Assembly: GCF_009914755.1 (NCBI RefSeq)
Contig: NC_060927.1
DNA from: the human T2T-CHM13v2.0 reference genome, Homo sapiens
Reading direction: 5' to 3' (one strand)
Length of the DNA stretch: 64,000 bases
The notes below the pieces were generated by a model. That model had not been told where the DNA came from, searched no databases, and saw only the letters and a program-made list of their open reading frames with translations. Below are positions 17,100 to 30,167 of the stretch, in pieces. The stretch's first letter is position 1. The number at the start of each line of letters is the position of its first letter. The position numbers and the translations under genes were made by a program.

Positions 17100-18720
17100 T
17101 GCACAGAACTATTCACAATAAAAATTATAAATAATGGTAGAAATTGATCCACTGTGATAAGTATACACAACAATCCATCTGAACACAACAATCGATGCTG
17201 AAATAAACTATAAGAGTTTTTTGAAATTATTAAATAATTTTAAAAATTAGAAACCATAACAAAAGAATTGATCATGAGATAGAAAATCATCTTTAAAAGA
17301 ATTACTCTAGAAGTAACATAATCAGTGAAATTAAAAATACAATGGATGATTGAAAAAGGAATGTATATAAATGTTGAGAGCTATTTGTTGAAGTGAAAAA
17401 TAAATGTAAAGAAGTAACCCAGAAAACAACAAAGGAAGGAAAATAAAGTGAAAAATGAGAAAGTCATATCTTTTGACCTTCTCATTCTAAATTCCAGAAT
17501 AAGAGACTGGGGGAGATGCAGTATTTGAAGACATAATGGCTGATAATTTTCCAATATTCATTAATGACGTCAATTTTTATTTTGAAGATCAAATCACAAA
17601 TAGGATATATTAAAAATAAACCCACATCTAAAAAAAAATTGTGATGAAGTGGCTCGTAGGGGTAAAAGAAAGGTTGCCTAAGTAAGAATAACAACTAGAC
17701 TGCAACTAAGGACTCCTTCATAGCAACAAAATAAAATAGAAATAACTTCAAAATGTTAAAGAAAAATAATTTGCAACCTAGAATTCTGTACTAATCTAAA
17801 GTATCATTCAAAAGTGAGAAAGAAATAAAGATATTTTAGAAAAAGGCTGAGACAAGTTTGCCACTTACAGGCTTTCACTGAAAGAACTACTGAAGAATAC
17901 ATTTCAGTAAGAAGGAAATTGAATCTGTTATGATAATGCAAGGATAAAAGAACTAATGGTGTGCCAAAAAATGGTGAAGATGTGAATAAGTATAACTAAT
18001 TTTTGACTATAAAGAAAACCACACTAATAAGAATTACTAGAAAATATCAGACAATGTAAGAGAGAAAAAGAAGGGCTTTAATGAGGTGTGAGCATCTTGC
18101 GTAGTTCATAGTCGTGAGGTGGGTGCAGATATTGATTACCTCTAGACTTTGTTAGTCAACTGAGCTTGTCTAAGATTTAATGTGCCCAACCTAATAAACG
18201 AAAAGTAAAAATAGAATATACAATTCAATCTCTACAGAAATAAAAGAACAGGGGAAAAACTCAGTCAAGCTAATATACTTCAAGAAGGAGAAAAGGAAGT
18301 AAAGAAAGCTCATTGTCTAGAAAACACAAAATAATAAAATAAATGCAAATGTACCTGTAATTATAATAGCGTTGTAAATAGTTTAAAAATTCTCAGACTG
18401 GATTTTTGACTTTTAAGAAATGCAGTTACATATTAATTTCATGTCACACACTATCAAAGAAAGCTGATGTAACAATGTCAACATCAGAGAAAGGAGACTG
18501 AGGCAAAGCTCAAACTTGGAGGTTTTTCTAATTAGAGGATGAGCTCATAAGGTTTTTAAAATGAATAATTAGGAAGATACAGCAATTCTGGATATACAGG
18601 CATCAACTAACATGTATACAAAATAAAAACTGATCGAGCTATAGGAAGAAATCAATACATCTACTATCACAATGTAAAATCATTAATACATTTCTCTCTA
18701 GAGGTATAGAGAAATTGAGA
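17100..18720 (+). mobile_element. Ancient L1M ORF1/ORF2-start relic
   Basis: Strongly A-rich + strand with L1 ORF1 phrases (ataatggctgataattttccaa; caacctagaattctgtac; aagaactactgaag). Edges approximate. Confidence 0.7.
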
Positions 18721-21700
18721 ATAAATTGGTATAATATAAGAGCTGGGATGGGAGGTGGGGTAACTACATAAGATAATCTTCCTAGACATGGTGAGTGCCT
18801 TAGAGAAGGACCGTGAGCTACTCCTGGAGAAGTTAGAGCATAATGAAATCAGGAGATTGTTTTTTAATGCATTATAATAAAGTGTCATAAAATGCAATGG
18901 GCAGATTTTATAGCTCACTACCATTTGCATATTTTTTGTATATGGTATGTTTACCAAATTTTCCATTCGTATTTCATATTTTCATCATACACATGCACAC
19001 ATACCCACACACCATCAATTTGGATTCTATTTCTCGCATTTTGTTGTCTGTAAAAGTAACGTATTGAGAGCCTTAAGACCTTAATCCCAGTTCTGGTCTT
19101 GCCAAAAATCTATGTGATGTTTGGCAAATCAAATCATTTCAACTTTCAACCCCTATATTCTTATCTGCAAATTGAGGTGATAAAATCAGACAGAGAAGAT
19201 TTATTTCATCAGTTGCTGCCCCATAAATTTATCTAAAATGTTTGACCTTTTGGGAATTATAAATGTATATTTAAGTTATATATTTCACAAGTATGTATTG
19301 TGTAGCAATTAATTTTTCCATTAAAATGAGGACAAATAAAGTTATTCCATGAATGACATAGTACACATCTGAGATAATAAAACCCAGGCACCTCTTAATC
19401 TGCCTAAGTAAATGAGGTGGTTCACTAAAGCATGACACCAGGATATGTCCCCAGTTGTTTAAATAAGTTGAATAAATGGGCACTGAATTCTTGCTACCCC
19501 TACAAAGACGTTGTTAGCAATTTATCATAACGAAGGTAAAAATAAAATATGTACATTACTAAACATAGCCTCTTTTGGTGCTGTTTTCCACTAAATAAAT
19601 TACATTTTAAGTGAAATAAGCTTTTTATTATAACCTACCAGACTCTTCATAGCCTGGCCTCAATCTGTATCATTACCAGTAATGCATAATATAATCTGGA
19701 AGATTTGTTGATAGGATTAAATTAAATCATCTATTCACAGTTACAGTGAAAGGTCTGGCACATAGTAGATTTTCAGTTAATACTTGTTCCTTTCCTTTGC
19801 CTGCCTTTAGAATATGCAAAAACCATAGATGCACTATATAGCCTCTTTATCAGACCAGTGTGCTAATTTCCTTGAAAAGAGTGAACAGCCATATGATACA
19901 ATGATGCACAGTGTAGTGTTTCTAATTTTCCTGAGGATCTAAACGTACAAAGCTCACACAAACTTTGGAGAACAAAGGAAGCAGGTTTCCTGAAGTTTGT
20001 GGGTAGGTGTCCTACCTCTGCTTCTTAATCGGCTCCTAGGGGCAGGTTCTGCTGAGCCCCAGCGTCTAGTCAAGCTGTCCTAGATGTAGAAGAGACTGCT
20101 CAGTTCACAGCATTTATATGAGCAAGTCGCCTAAGAAACATGAGGTTGGTCAGAGCTCTGGCAGCTGGCTAAAATCCACTTCAGGTTCCGGAAAATAGTC
20201 ACAATAATAAGCTCTTCAGATAGCCCTCGACTTCTGTTATTAGATTGAGTCCTTCAGTACTCTCAGTACTCCTCAATAACCAACCATATGCTAAAAATTT
20301 AAGAGAATATTGTGACTGAGTCTTAGAGTAAACCCTTACAGACGAGGAAACAGAGGCCCATAGAAGTTCAAGTAGTAAACTGACACATTCTAAATTAAGG
20401 CTAATGTGTTTTCAACAATAAACATTTAGATATTATACTTTTTGGTGATGGTGGTAACATGGTAATATGAGTACCAATTGCTAGATGAAATTAAGACATG
20501 AAAACCTTTCTATCTTCACTTGTCCAGATCAGGCTTGACTTTGGCATATTATGTGGAATGGCTTAAGCCTTTCTCCAGGTTAATTTATTAGTAATCACGG
20601 TGTTTCTCTAAAAAAATCTAATTATTCAAGACATTCCAATATAAATAGAATATCTTTCTCCTTTACATGGAGCTTGTTGAGAAGGAAGAAAGGGATCCCT
20701 TGCAACATAATCATCTTCTCCAACTTTATTTTCATTTTCTCCTTTAAAAAAATCCTTCCATCAAGACTGATTGACTTAGTGTTAGGATCAGAATTTTCAC
20801 TTACCTGTTCCTCTTACTAAGAGAGCTGCCCTTAATTCTCTCCACCTCTCTAAATTGTATCCTTCCTTTAAGATCCAGCAAAATTGAACTGTCCCCCAAG
20901 AACTGTTCTTGGTCCATTGCTGTTCATAGTAACCAGTGTTCTCCTATTAACCTTTGAGATGTGACGTTTCATATGTTCTTTCTGTTTTTCTTTGCTAATA
21001 GCATCCAAACCATCCAAAGCCCCTTTAGTACAGTAACTATGTCACAGTTTTACCATTTAACTGAGGACTGTTGAATTATATGTAGGGGCTTTATAAGCAT
21101 CTCATCAAGATAAATATCGCTCAGATAAAGTGTACTAATAAAAGTATAAGGTCATATCACGTGGTTTAACTGGTCAACTATAAAGATACTAAAATTCTTG
21201 AATTGTTGGGCTATGTCATATAGGACATCCTGGGATATTGGAGAAGCAAGGAACTATTAATATAAGAGTCCTGTTTATCACTAAGCAACATGTAAAGACA
21301 AAAATAAATCTTGGAATTTCTAGAGCTTGACAGTGTGCTCTGTTGGTGCAGCTTCTTATTTACATACATGTATTTTTAGATTCAACTGAACAATAGCATC
21401 TAGTTCAAAGAAAGTTACTGTAAGAACCTTGTCATGAATAGAATCACACATCAAAGGATCTAAAGCACTTGTGGTATTTTTTCTATTTTTAAAATGTCAA
21501 GTCTCACTTTGTAGGATGCAATCTGCAATAACATGTATTGCATTTAGAGCCAAGAAAGAAACTGCATTAACAATGTAATTGCATACAGTAAGGGTCACTT
21601 ATATTTTGACCATCATTTAAAATCTCACTAGGTAGAAGCAGCAAGTTCAAAAGAACAATCTATTTATTTTTTCCATTCCCATATCTCTACCTCTCTCTAG

Positions 21701-22629
21701 TGCCTTCATTGTCTCTATAAGATAGAAACATGATGTCATTATTTTTTAATGTTCATATTTTTTGAAAAAATGAAACAATATTCCAAGATAATATTTTTTA
21801 AAAAACAGAATTATACCAGATATCCAAATCTATAATAAAACAGAGGTTTATTTTTGGTTGTTTTTTCAACTGGCACATATAAAAGGAAATAATTATATTA
21901 ATTTATATCAAAATAATATTGATCTATTAATGTGATTGCTTTCATTTATTACCAAGATGTTCTTTGTTTAATGGTTGGATATTAGAAGGAAATAACATCT
22001 TTGTCCTTACTAAAGCACTGTTTTATTAAATTCCTAAAGAGAAAACTAAAACCACAATATTTCACATGTACAGATACTCAGCATTATGACCTGAAAATAC
22101 AATTTCTAAGAGAATTTTCTCTTTCTAGCTCTTTATGAAAGGCTTCTTCTGTCTTGGTGCATTATGTATGCTTGTTATATGTTTCTTTAGCATTATTACA
22201 AATTCTGCTAAATCAGTTCTTTAATCTTTCTATGACTAATTGATTTGGATAATTTACAAAGTACATCATTTAATAAACATAAAATTAATCTTTTAAAAAT
22301 ACACAGCCACTACCTCCTTTGTCACACCACAGCCATGATAGTTTTTGCAACTACTCTAGGGTATCTTAGAGAATTGTTTTACTTCATAAATCTCTACTTC
22401 CCTTTTTAGGCTCAGGAAAGCAGGATCTACAGACATGAGAATTAGCATTGGAATGTATCAAAAGTTATAATCCTGGTAGGATCACTTGCTCAGGGCTTTA
22501 TTTTAAATAGGTGTAATCAGCCCTTGATTATTCCTTAGAATCGTTATGTTCACATTTGGTAAATATTGGCCACTGGTATTCCCTATTTGCTAAAATTAGA
22601 AAAGGGCTTGGAAAAAAATTTCAAAGGTG

Positions 22630-22875
22630 CTAATTAGGGTAACAATTAAGAGTCCAGATCTGCAGCCAGAATGCTTGGGCTCAAATCTCAAAATTGCCAT
22701 GTACTAGCTACGTGGACCTTGGGAAATTTAATTAACTGAGCAATGCTTCTATTTTCTCATGCAAAATAGAATAAGGCTATTGTAAGGATTCAATGAATTA
22801 ATTTATATAAAGAATTTAGAATAATGCCTGGCATATGGCAAGAGTGCAACAAATGTTAGCTGCTGTTATTATTAT
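22630..22875 (+). mobile_element. MIR
   Basis: gggctcaaatctc...ctagctacgtggaccttgggaaattta...tgtaaggattcaatga...ataatgcctggcatatgg. Confidence 0.75.
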
Positions 22876-23329
22876 TGATATCATGTTAAAGATAGTTATT
22901 AGTGAAATATAATGAAGATTCTTAATTTGTCAATCAGCACATGCAGATTACTACTAAACATAGTAAAAATGTAAAGTTAGTATCTTGAAGTTTCATTTTC
23001 TAGAACACTAAGAAATATTAACATACTGTGGTCCCTCTCTAGAAACAATATGACTAGCAGAAAACACAAATATATTACAAAGTCAAAACATGACTATATC
23101 ACTGAAAAATAGTCATTAAAAATGCCAAAAAGCTAATTTATTATTTCCGAATTAATCTGTAAATATATTTTCTCAACTAAAATTTAATAACAGATAGGTG
23201 ATGACAGTCACCAAAAGAGGAGAGCTATCTTACATTTGACCAAAAAAAAAAAAAAAAAAATTACATGAGTTACTTTTCTGTGGCATGGGAATAGAAAGTA
23301 AGCATTTTATTTTAGTAATAGATTTGCAA

Positions 23330-23741
23330 ATCCTAAACTTTATCTTTGCCTGAGGCTTTCTTCAGCCCTGGAAAGCTGCCAGTGAACAGGATAGTTCAGA
23401 GATTAAAATGTAACACCTCCATGGAGCAATGCCCAATTGGTAGCTAGTGAATCAATACACTGCTCCCTTGCCCCTCGAATGGGAAGATCCTGAGGTACCT
23501 ATTTTATACTAGCTCTAAGGTTTTCTCCAGCAAGGTTAAGCTTCAGTCATCCACAGTGGTAGCTGTGGTACACTACTGTGTGTCAGCTACAGTGGTAGCT
23601 GACTTGATAATGTGCTTTCTATTGGCGGTCTTGTCTTCCTTGTCTCTCCTTCCCATCCTACTACCCTCACCTCTCAATGAACTATGTGTGATCAGATTTC
23701 ATCTCAAGTTTGTTGTTTTGAGGGAGTACCCAAACTAGGAT
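23330..23741 (+). mobile_element. LTR16-like ERVL LTR
   Basis: 3' end ctcaagtttgttgttttgagggagtacccaaactagga and internal cttgataatgtgctttctattggc resemble recalled LTR16. Confidence 0.5.
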
Positions 23742-26336
23742 TCCTGGTAAACTGGAGATGGTGTGATCAGAGTTTAGGCCGAGAAACTAGAGAGGAAATG
23801 GGGCTTTCAGCAGAAGCAGAAGCTGGAAAGGAGGATTTGAATCAGGGAGTTTATATTCCCAGCCATTGGTTTCTTGACATCATGAGTTGCCTTCTTCTTC
23901 AATGCCCTCTTCTTCAATGCCCTGGTGTTGGGAGGTGTTAGTACATACTTGCAAAAAACTATACTGTTAGCAGTTCAGGGCTAAGTTAAGAGCCCAACTC
24001 TTTCATAATCAAATTAAATTTCAGTGGAGACATGCCTTGTTTATGTCTTCTTTCTTTGCTTCACATCCCATCGATTTTTCATCATGTCCAAGTGGTCCCG
24101 AGAGCCTTTGCATGATCTGTCGGCTCCAGAAATTCTGCAACTCGGTGCAGGGAAGGCATGCTCCAGGCTGCAAACCCAGTGTCTCAGTAACCTCATTCAG
24201 CTCTTGGCAACTGTTGGAGGCATGGTGGTGACTGAAACAGCAGTTTCTCAGCACGCTGAGAGAAAAGAACTCTTTCCTCCGGAGGTATTCAGAGCTATGG
24301 CCATTCCACTATCCAAAATGCTGTTTTCAAGTTTAACACTGTTTGCTAACACAGGTCTTTATGTTCACACGTAGTTTCTTTTTGGTAGGCCCCTGGACCA
24401 AACAGGATAAGTCACAGGAGCTCCTAAAAAATGGCCATGTGTTTGGGGAACTATATATTCCAAATGTTTCCTGGGATTACAACCCTTCTCCTTGAAGCAA
24501 ATTGCCCTATCAGAGGCTATTGGAATTCTTCAATGACTTTGGAAATCCTTTGCTAAAAGATAACCTACCACCTAAGGTAGTCTTCATTTGAGACTACCTC
24601 AGTCCTTCAAAATCATTCTAATGTCTTTGAAAACTTAAGAAGGAAAAGTGAGATCTTGAACCATTTCATTCCTAAAAGGTTAGAGATTCCATGACAATTT
24701 TCCTATCTCTTTCTCCTCCAACTATTGGCCTTCACAAATGTAAGCAGTGGAAGCAAGGCCTTTGGCAAGGCCTCCTAAGCATTCCACCAAAATTTTTCTG
24801 CAGAAGAAACCCTCAAGTCATCCATTGGCAAGAAGAGGAGCATTATTCAGGTGTTGGGATGTTTCTGCTTATACATGAAACTCTCTTGGGGCTGTCATGG
24901 TGGCTCTTGTTGGGGCTGAGGGAACAGGTGTGGCATTTAAAATTTTCCTTGCTAGTTTCTGTGATGTGAGTTGTATCTGAAGCTTCCTTTTTGATAGTTG
25001 TGGAGGTTGTATAAGTTCTCGCTTTACTAAGACACTTTTACTTTCAAGTAATTTTTTTATATATATAAACTTGTCAAATTATAGTTGAATATTAGATATC
25101 ATAAATCTTGCTATAGGTCAAGGGGAGCAATGGAAAGGAAGTGAGACAAACAGGTCTGTTTTTTCGAATATACAAGAAACATATCCCAAACAAGTAACTG
25201 CACAGCTCGGATGATAATGTGGAGAATGTGTTGGAGGCAGATATTTAAAACAATTAGGGAGTTTGTGGAGTATTCCAAATGAAAGACAGTGACAGTCTTA
25301 AGGCTATATTTTAGTCACATTATGGATACATGTATTTTGTGCACTAATTGTGCATTACACCATTTAATTTCTAATTTTTGGGGGAAATAACTTGGGTATG
25401 TCAGGAATACATCTTTGATCCCTCTCCTCTATGGATACTGCAGCTTTGGAAAGGGGTCGTGAGGACTGGCAGCTGCTTCTCATTCTGTTCATCTTCAGGA
25501 AACTCCCTCCACTCTTCTTGCCCATGGCTGGCTGCCCTAAAGTTTGTTATCCACAGGATATTTGTTGTTAAATTGGGGAATTTCTAGTATAAAGTGACAT
25601 AAATCAGAGACATGTCACTTCAGGATGAACATAACAGCCTGAAGGACACTATGTACCACAAAATCCTGTTGTAAAGACTCTTGCCAGGCTATGATTTATC
25701 AGGTTATGCCTCTGCTCTGAAAGTTAAAAGGAGTGGAGCAGACTCCCTGCAGATCACTGAATCATGGCCATATGGCTTGGATGAGTTTTAGGGTTTTCTG
25801 ACCCTATGCCCCACACTCCACACACAAGCTTACTTCCCAGTAACTGAGAATTCTGTTTCAGTCACACCGGTTTCTTGTTTCTCTAAAAAATCTTGTTTTA
25901 CTCTAAAAGTAAAAAGAAATGTTGGCTTTTTTCTACCCCAGATTGCTGCTCATTTTATTCCCTTGGTCTAGAATACCTTTCTCATTTTACAGTCATCTAG
26001 GTTCCTGCTCCCCAAATATATGTGTATGGTGTCGTTATGTGGTTTGTTTAGAGTGGAATAGAAAATGGTGCTTTCTAAGAAATAAAAGATTCATATTTAC
26101 TAATTTTAACTTCTTTTTTAACTTAATTTTTAACTTCTTTTTCCAATTGTGTAAAAGTGGAATGGACTTATCTCTAACAGGAAAGTAAGTTCTAAGGAGA
26201 GCACCTATCTTTTATGACATTTTAGCTCTTTTCTCTCCCCCATAGCATGGTAATGATCACACAATAAAGGATCAATAGCTACTAGTTAGGACGGTTCATG
26301 ATTCATCTACTATTTGTCATGGTGTCTTATAGCATG

Positions 26337-26766
26337 TGTTAAAGTGAATTAACAATGGCCTGAGAAGGACTCTGTACTTCTATATTTGAGTCCTTGTGGA
26401 TGAACTGTAACCTAACTAATAGGTAGACCAGATTCACAACCTAAGAGTATGTGCCTGTAACAATAGCTGAGTCTTTGTCAATCCCAGAAGCCATACTTCA
26501 ACCACTCATACATTGCTGAGTGTTCAAACTGTGTTCAAATAAAGCAAACACCAATCGGTAACCAATCCAGCTGTTTCTGTACCTCACTTCCAATTTCTAT
26601 ACATCACTTCCCTTTGCTTTGTCTATAAATTTGTTCTGACCATGAGTCATCCCTACAGTCTCCGAATCTGTTGTGATTTTGAGGGCTGCCAGATTCGCAA
26701 ATCACTCATTGCACAATTAAACTCCTTTAAATTTAATTCAGCTGAAGGTTTTTTTTTTTTTTTTCA
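26337..26766 (+). mobile_element. MER57-type ERV1 solo LTR
   Basis: TG...CA termini with perfect 4-bp TSD catg (26333-26336 and 26767-26770). CCAAT boxes, tataaa and attaaa signals in the expected order. Confidence 0.88.
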
Positions 26767-27373
26767 CATGCCACAGTGACATCCCAGTTTTTTTTTCCCA
26801 TGGTAACATGTAAAACAGGTGTTATGCTTATCTTACAGCATCAACTTTCATAGTAGGGCTCTATTGCGTTTTAAATTTAACTGAGGACATTTAAAAAAAT
26901 CCCATGATAATAGTTTAACTTACAGCTTAAGTGAAAGGTATAAACTATGGTTACTTTAATCTGGGTATATAAAAATATAGAAAACCACACAATGCTCAAC
27001 CATGCTTGTGGCTAAAGAGAAATTACATTATAGACCCAGGGCAATGGTATTATTTTAGTGAACCTATATATGTTTTACTGCATTGTCCACTCAATATATG
27101 ACAAATTCGTTAAAAGCATTTATTGCAAATACAGTCACCATACTGGGTAATGAGCTACAATAATTAAGGGGAGAAAATGTACCCTACTCTTTAGATATTG
27201 ACAGTTTAGTAAATAATCTTTTTCTTTCTACATTGGTCTGGTAAGTAAGAGGAAGATTTGTGATGAAGTCAAAGAATTACAGTTATCCCATATAAAAGTT
27301 TATCTTTCTTTGGCCTGTAGTAATTTTAGTTGTATTTAAAGGTGCAAAAGAGTATTTTCAGAAAACTTAATAC

Positions 27374-27375
<2 letters not shown>

Positions 27376-27423
<48 letters not shown>

Positions 27424-27457
27424 ACACGCACACACACACGTGTGTGTGTGCGTACAC
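27376..27457. repeat. Compound microsatellite (AT)n(CA)n(TG)n
   Basis: About 80 bp of uninterrupted alternating purine-pyrimidine sequence. Confidence 0.95.
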
Positions 27458-29120
27458 TTTTTCCTTAACTCTGTAAATAATCTGTTGCCTTGTTGCCTCA
27501 TAGGGTGATATTTATATTCTTAACATTCTAGAATAAGTTTCTATGTATAGTTTTTATCTTTTGACAATCTGATCTTGCCTAACACTAGTGAGACCACTAA
27601 CTCTAGGAACATCAATATTATTTAGTAAGAGAGGAAAGCCTTTGCAATGTGGTGATTATTAACTCAGTTTTCAACACAATGATCCTTTTATATTTTTAAA
27701 ATATTTTTAGTTCTTTACAGTTTTTCTTATTTCTAATTTATTCTTCCTTTATCTTCTGCTCAGGGCTAGTATGGTCAGAGAATAATGGAAAAGGAAAGAC
27801 ACCAGGGTCTTGAGGTACATGTGTGCTTGTAAAGTCATTGCATTGTAATTTTACAGATGGTGAATAGTTATTTACTTATGCTATGTGCCACAGGTATGCA
27901 AATATCATAGATGTTCAGGATTGGAAATAAGATATTACAGGTATTGGCTGGTAGTATTACAAGAAACATAGGTTTTTGTATTTTTTTCTTCACCAGGAAA
28001 CACAGTAGTAGAGTGGAAAGAACAGTTGGCAAGAAGTAAAGAATTTAGAGTCTAGCTTTAGTTTTCCACAGATAACCAACTGAGAGATTTTTTTCTAGAT
28101 TCTGACTTAAACCTCGTGTTATAGCAAAAAAAGTAGCACAGGCCTTCAAATCAATGACACTTGGGTAGGTGACTTGAGCAAGTTAACTAATCTCTGAGAG
28201 CCTCAGTTTCTTTTTTTTATATGAACATGGTACCTGCCTTGCTGAGCTGTTGTGAGAATTAGAGAGAATGATGTTTGAAAACTTCCATACAGCTCTGATA
28301 CCTAGTAGGTGCTCCAGGAAATTTGGTTATTGATATTTTAGCTTTGCCATTACTGTTAACTGTTCTCAGTGAAGCTGATTCTCAGTGTTTTTGACATAGA
28401 ATATTAATTCCCCATCTACCTGTCTCTTAGGGTTGTCAGGATAATGAAATGAGATATACAGGTATAAAGTACTTTGAAAAGAATGAGGCCTCATATGAAT
28501 GTAAAGGAAAGTTGTTCTGGTGTGCCTGAGGAAGACTGAGTTTCAGAGTGGGTAAGAATATGCAGTGTGGCTCATCTCTGTGCTGCATGACAAGGAGTAT
28601 ACAAATCTTCCTCTTGCTTACGAAGCTGCAAAGAAAGCTGATTTAGTCTAACCATTCCGTTGTGGGCCAGGTGTTTCTGAAGTCTCAATCTTTGTTGCCA
28701 GAAGGTAGTTGGCTTATATTCCAGTGTTCAAGGTGCCAAGCCACTCTTAAAAAACAAACAAAACAGCTTTCTCCAGCAGCACTCAGAGAAGTCGCCTTTC
28801 TCCCTCCTCCTTTTTCTTTTTTAATCTTTTGTAATGTGTGGTATCCAGATTCTAACTGTAAACAAAACATGTCTTTTCTGTAGTCTCTATTATACAGTGC
28901 AAACTGGAAAAAAAATCAATCAGAATCCTTCTTAATTTCTTTTAAAAATCCTTTTTATAAATAATTTATTTTTATATTTTGGTGTTTCTTGTATGATTTG
29001 GATGAAGTGAGGTGGAATTGAAGGATAATTTATGTCAATCTATTGCACACAATTCATTTCCTGAAGTACAGCGTAATCAGAGTAGGCAGTTTCCCAGGAT
29101 TTTTGTGATCACTCTGCTGG

Positions 29121-29723
29121 TGTAGGGGCAAAGGGAAAGCTTCCCCTCCACTCTCTGAAGGTTTGCTGAAAATGAACTGACAACAGGCAGGCTAATAGGA
29201 GAAAAATGCATAGTTATTTATTTCATGTGCATGATGGGGGGGATGCATAGGATTACGCAATAACTCAATGGACTATAGAAACATATTTATGTACCCTTTT
29301 CTGTAAAGCAGAGAGAGATGGGGAATTTAGACCATTCTTCTCATGAATAGTAAATTATTATTAGGCATAATAAATGGACCTGGGAGACAAAATTAATTTG
29401 TAAATGATTCTCTTTAGTATTTGAATCATCCTTAGAGGCGACACTATCTGTTTGGAAAAGTCCATCTAGGTGTAGTTGTATCCCTCACTGACAAACAATG
29501 AGATTTCCAAGAGAGGATTAAAGGTAATTATGTTCCTCTTTGGAGGTTCACAGTTTTTAGATGGATAAGAGAACTTCCGAGAACATCCTCATCGTGTGCT
29601 TTGAGAAACACAGAAGTGTTGGGAGGGTGCGGGGTAAGCAAGGGCAGGGAGACCTTGAGGCTCTTTCTTTAGCTCAGTATGTCAAAGTCTTATTTTGCAG
29701 GATACTTTTTCAGCACCCCAACA
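29121..29723 (-). mobile_element. MER34-family ERV1 solo LTR
   Basis: TG...CA termini; the reverse strand starts tgttggggtgctgaaaaag...ctttgacatactgagctaaagaaagagcctcaaggtctc. Near-TSD ctgg/ttgg. Confidence 0.7.
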
Positions 29724-29821
29724 TTGGGGATAAGACTCTGCAAAGATACGTTAGGAATTGGTTGGTAAATTTGGGAGAAAACTACCTCAAAGGAATAAAA
29801 AGTTATCAAAAATGGTTTTTC

Positions 29822-30042
29822 AATGAGAACACATGTACATGGGAGGGGAACAACACACGCTGGGGTCTGTCGGGGGGTAGGGTGGTGGGAGGGGAGAGCA
29901 TTAGGAAAAAATAGCTAATGCACGCAGGGCTTAATACCTAGGTGATGGGTTGGTAAGTGCAACAAACCACCATCATCTACATTTACCTATGTAACAAACC
30001 TGCATATCCTGCACATGTACCCCAGAACTTAAAAATAAAAAA
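29822..30042 (+). mobile_element. Older L1PA 3'UTR fragment
   Basis: gagaacacatg...G-rich tract...aacaaacctgcatatcctgcacatgtaccccagaactt followed by an A tail. Confidence 0.88.
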
Positions 30043-30167
30043 GGGGTTCTTTCTTCTCTTTATTTCTAATAAACACATTTTCCCAAGCAGATAGAAGAAG
30101 ATCAAATTGAATTATATTTTTTACGACTTGAATTGTGCAAACAATTGGGAAATATAACTTTTAATGT

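Noticed and set aside
24021-24374. Three overlapping ORFs as a possible small gene or pseudogene
   Set aside because: No recognisable protein family and no convincing splice or poly(A) context; higher GC alone lengthens ORFs.
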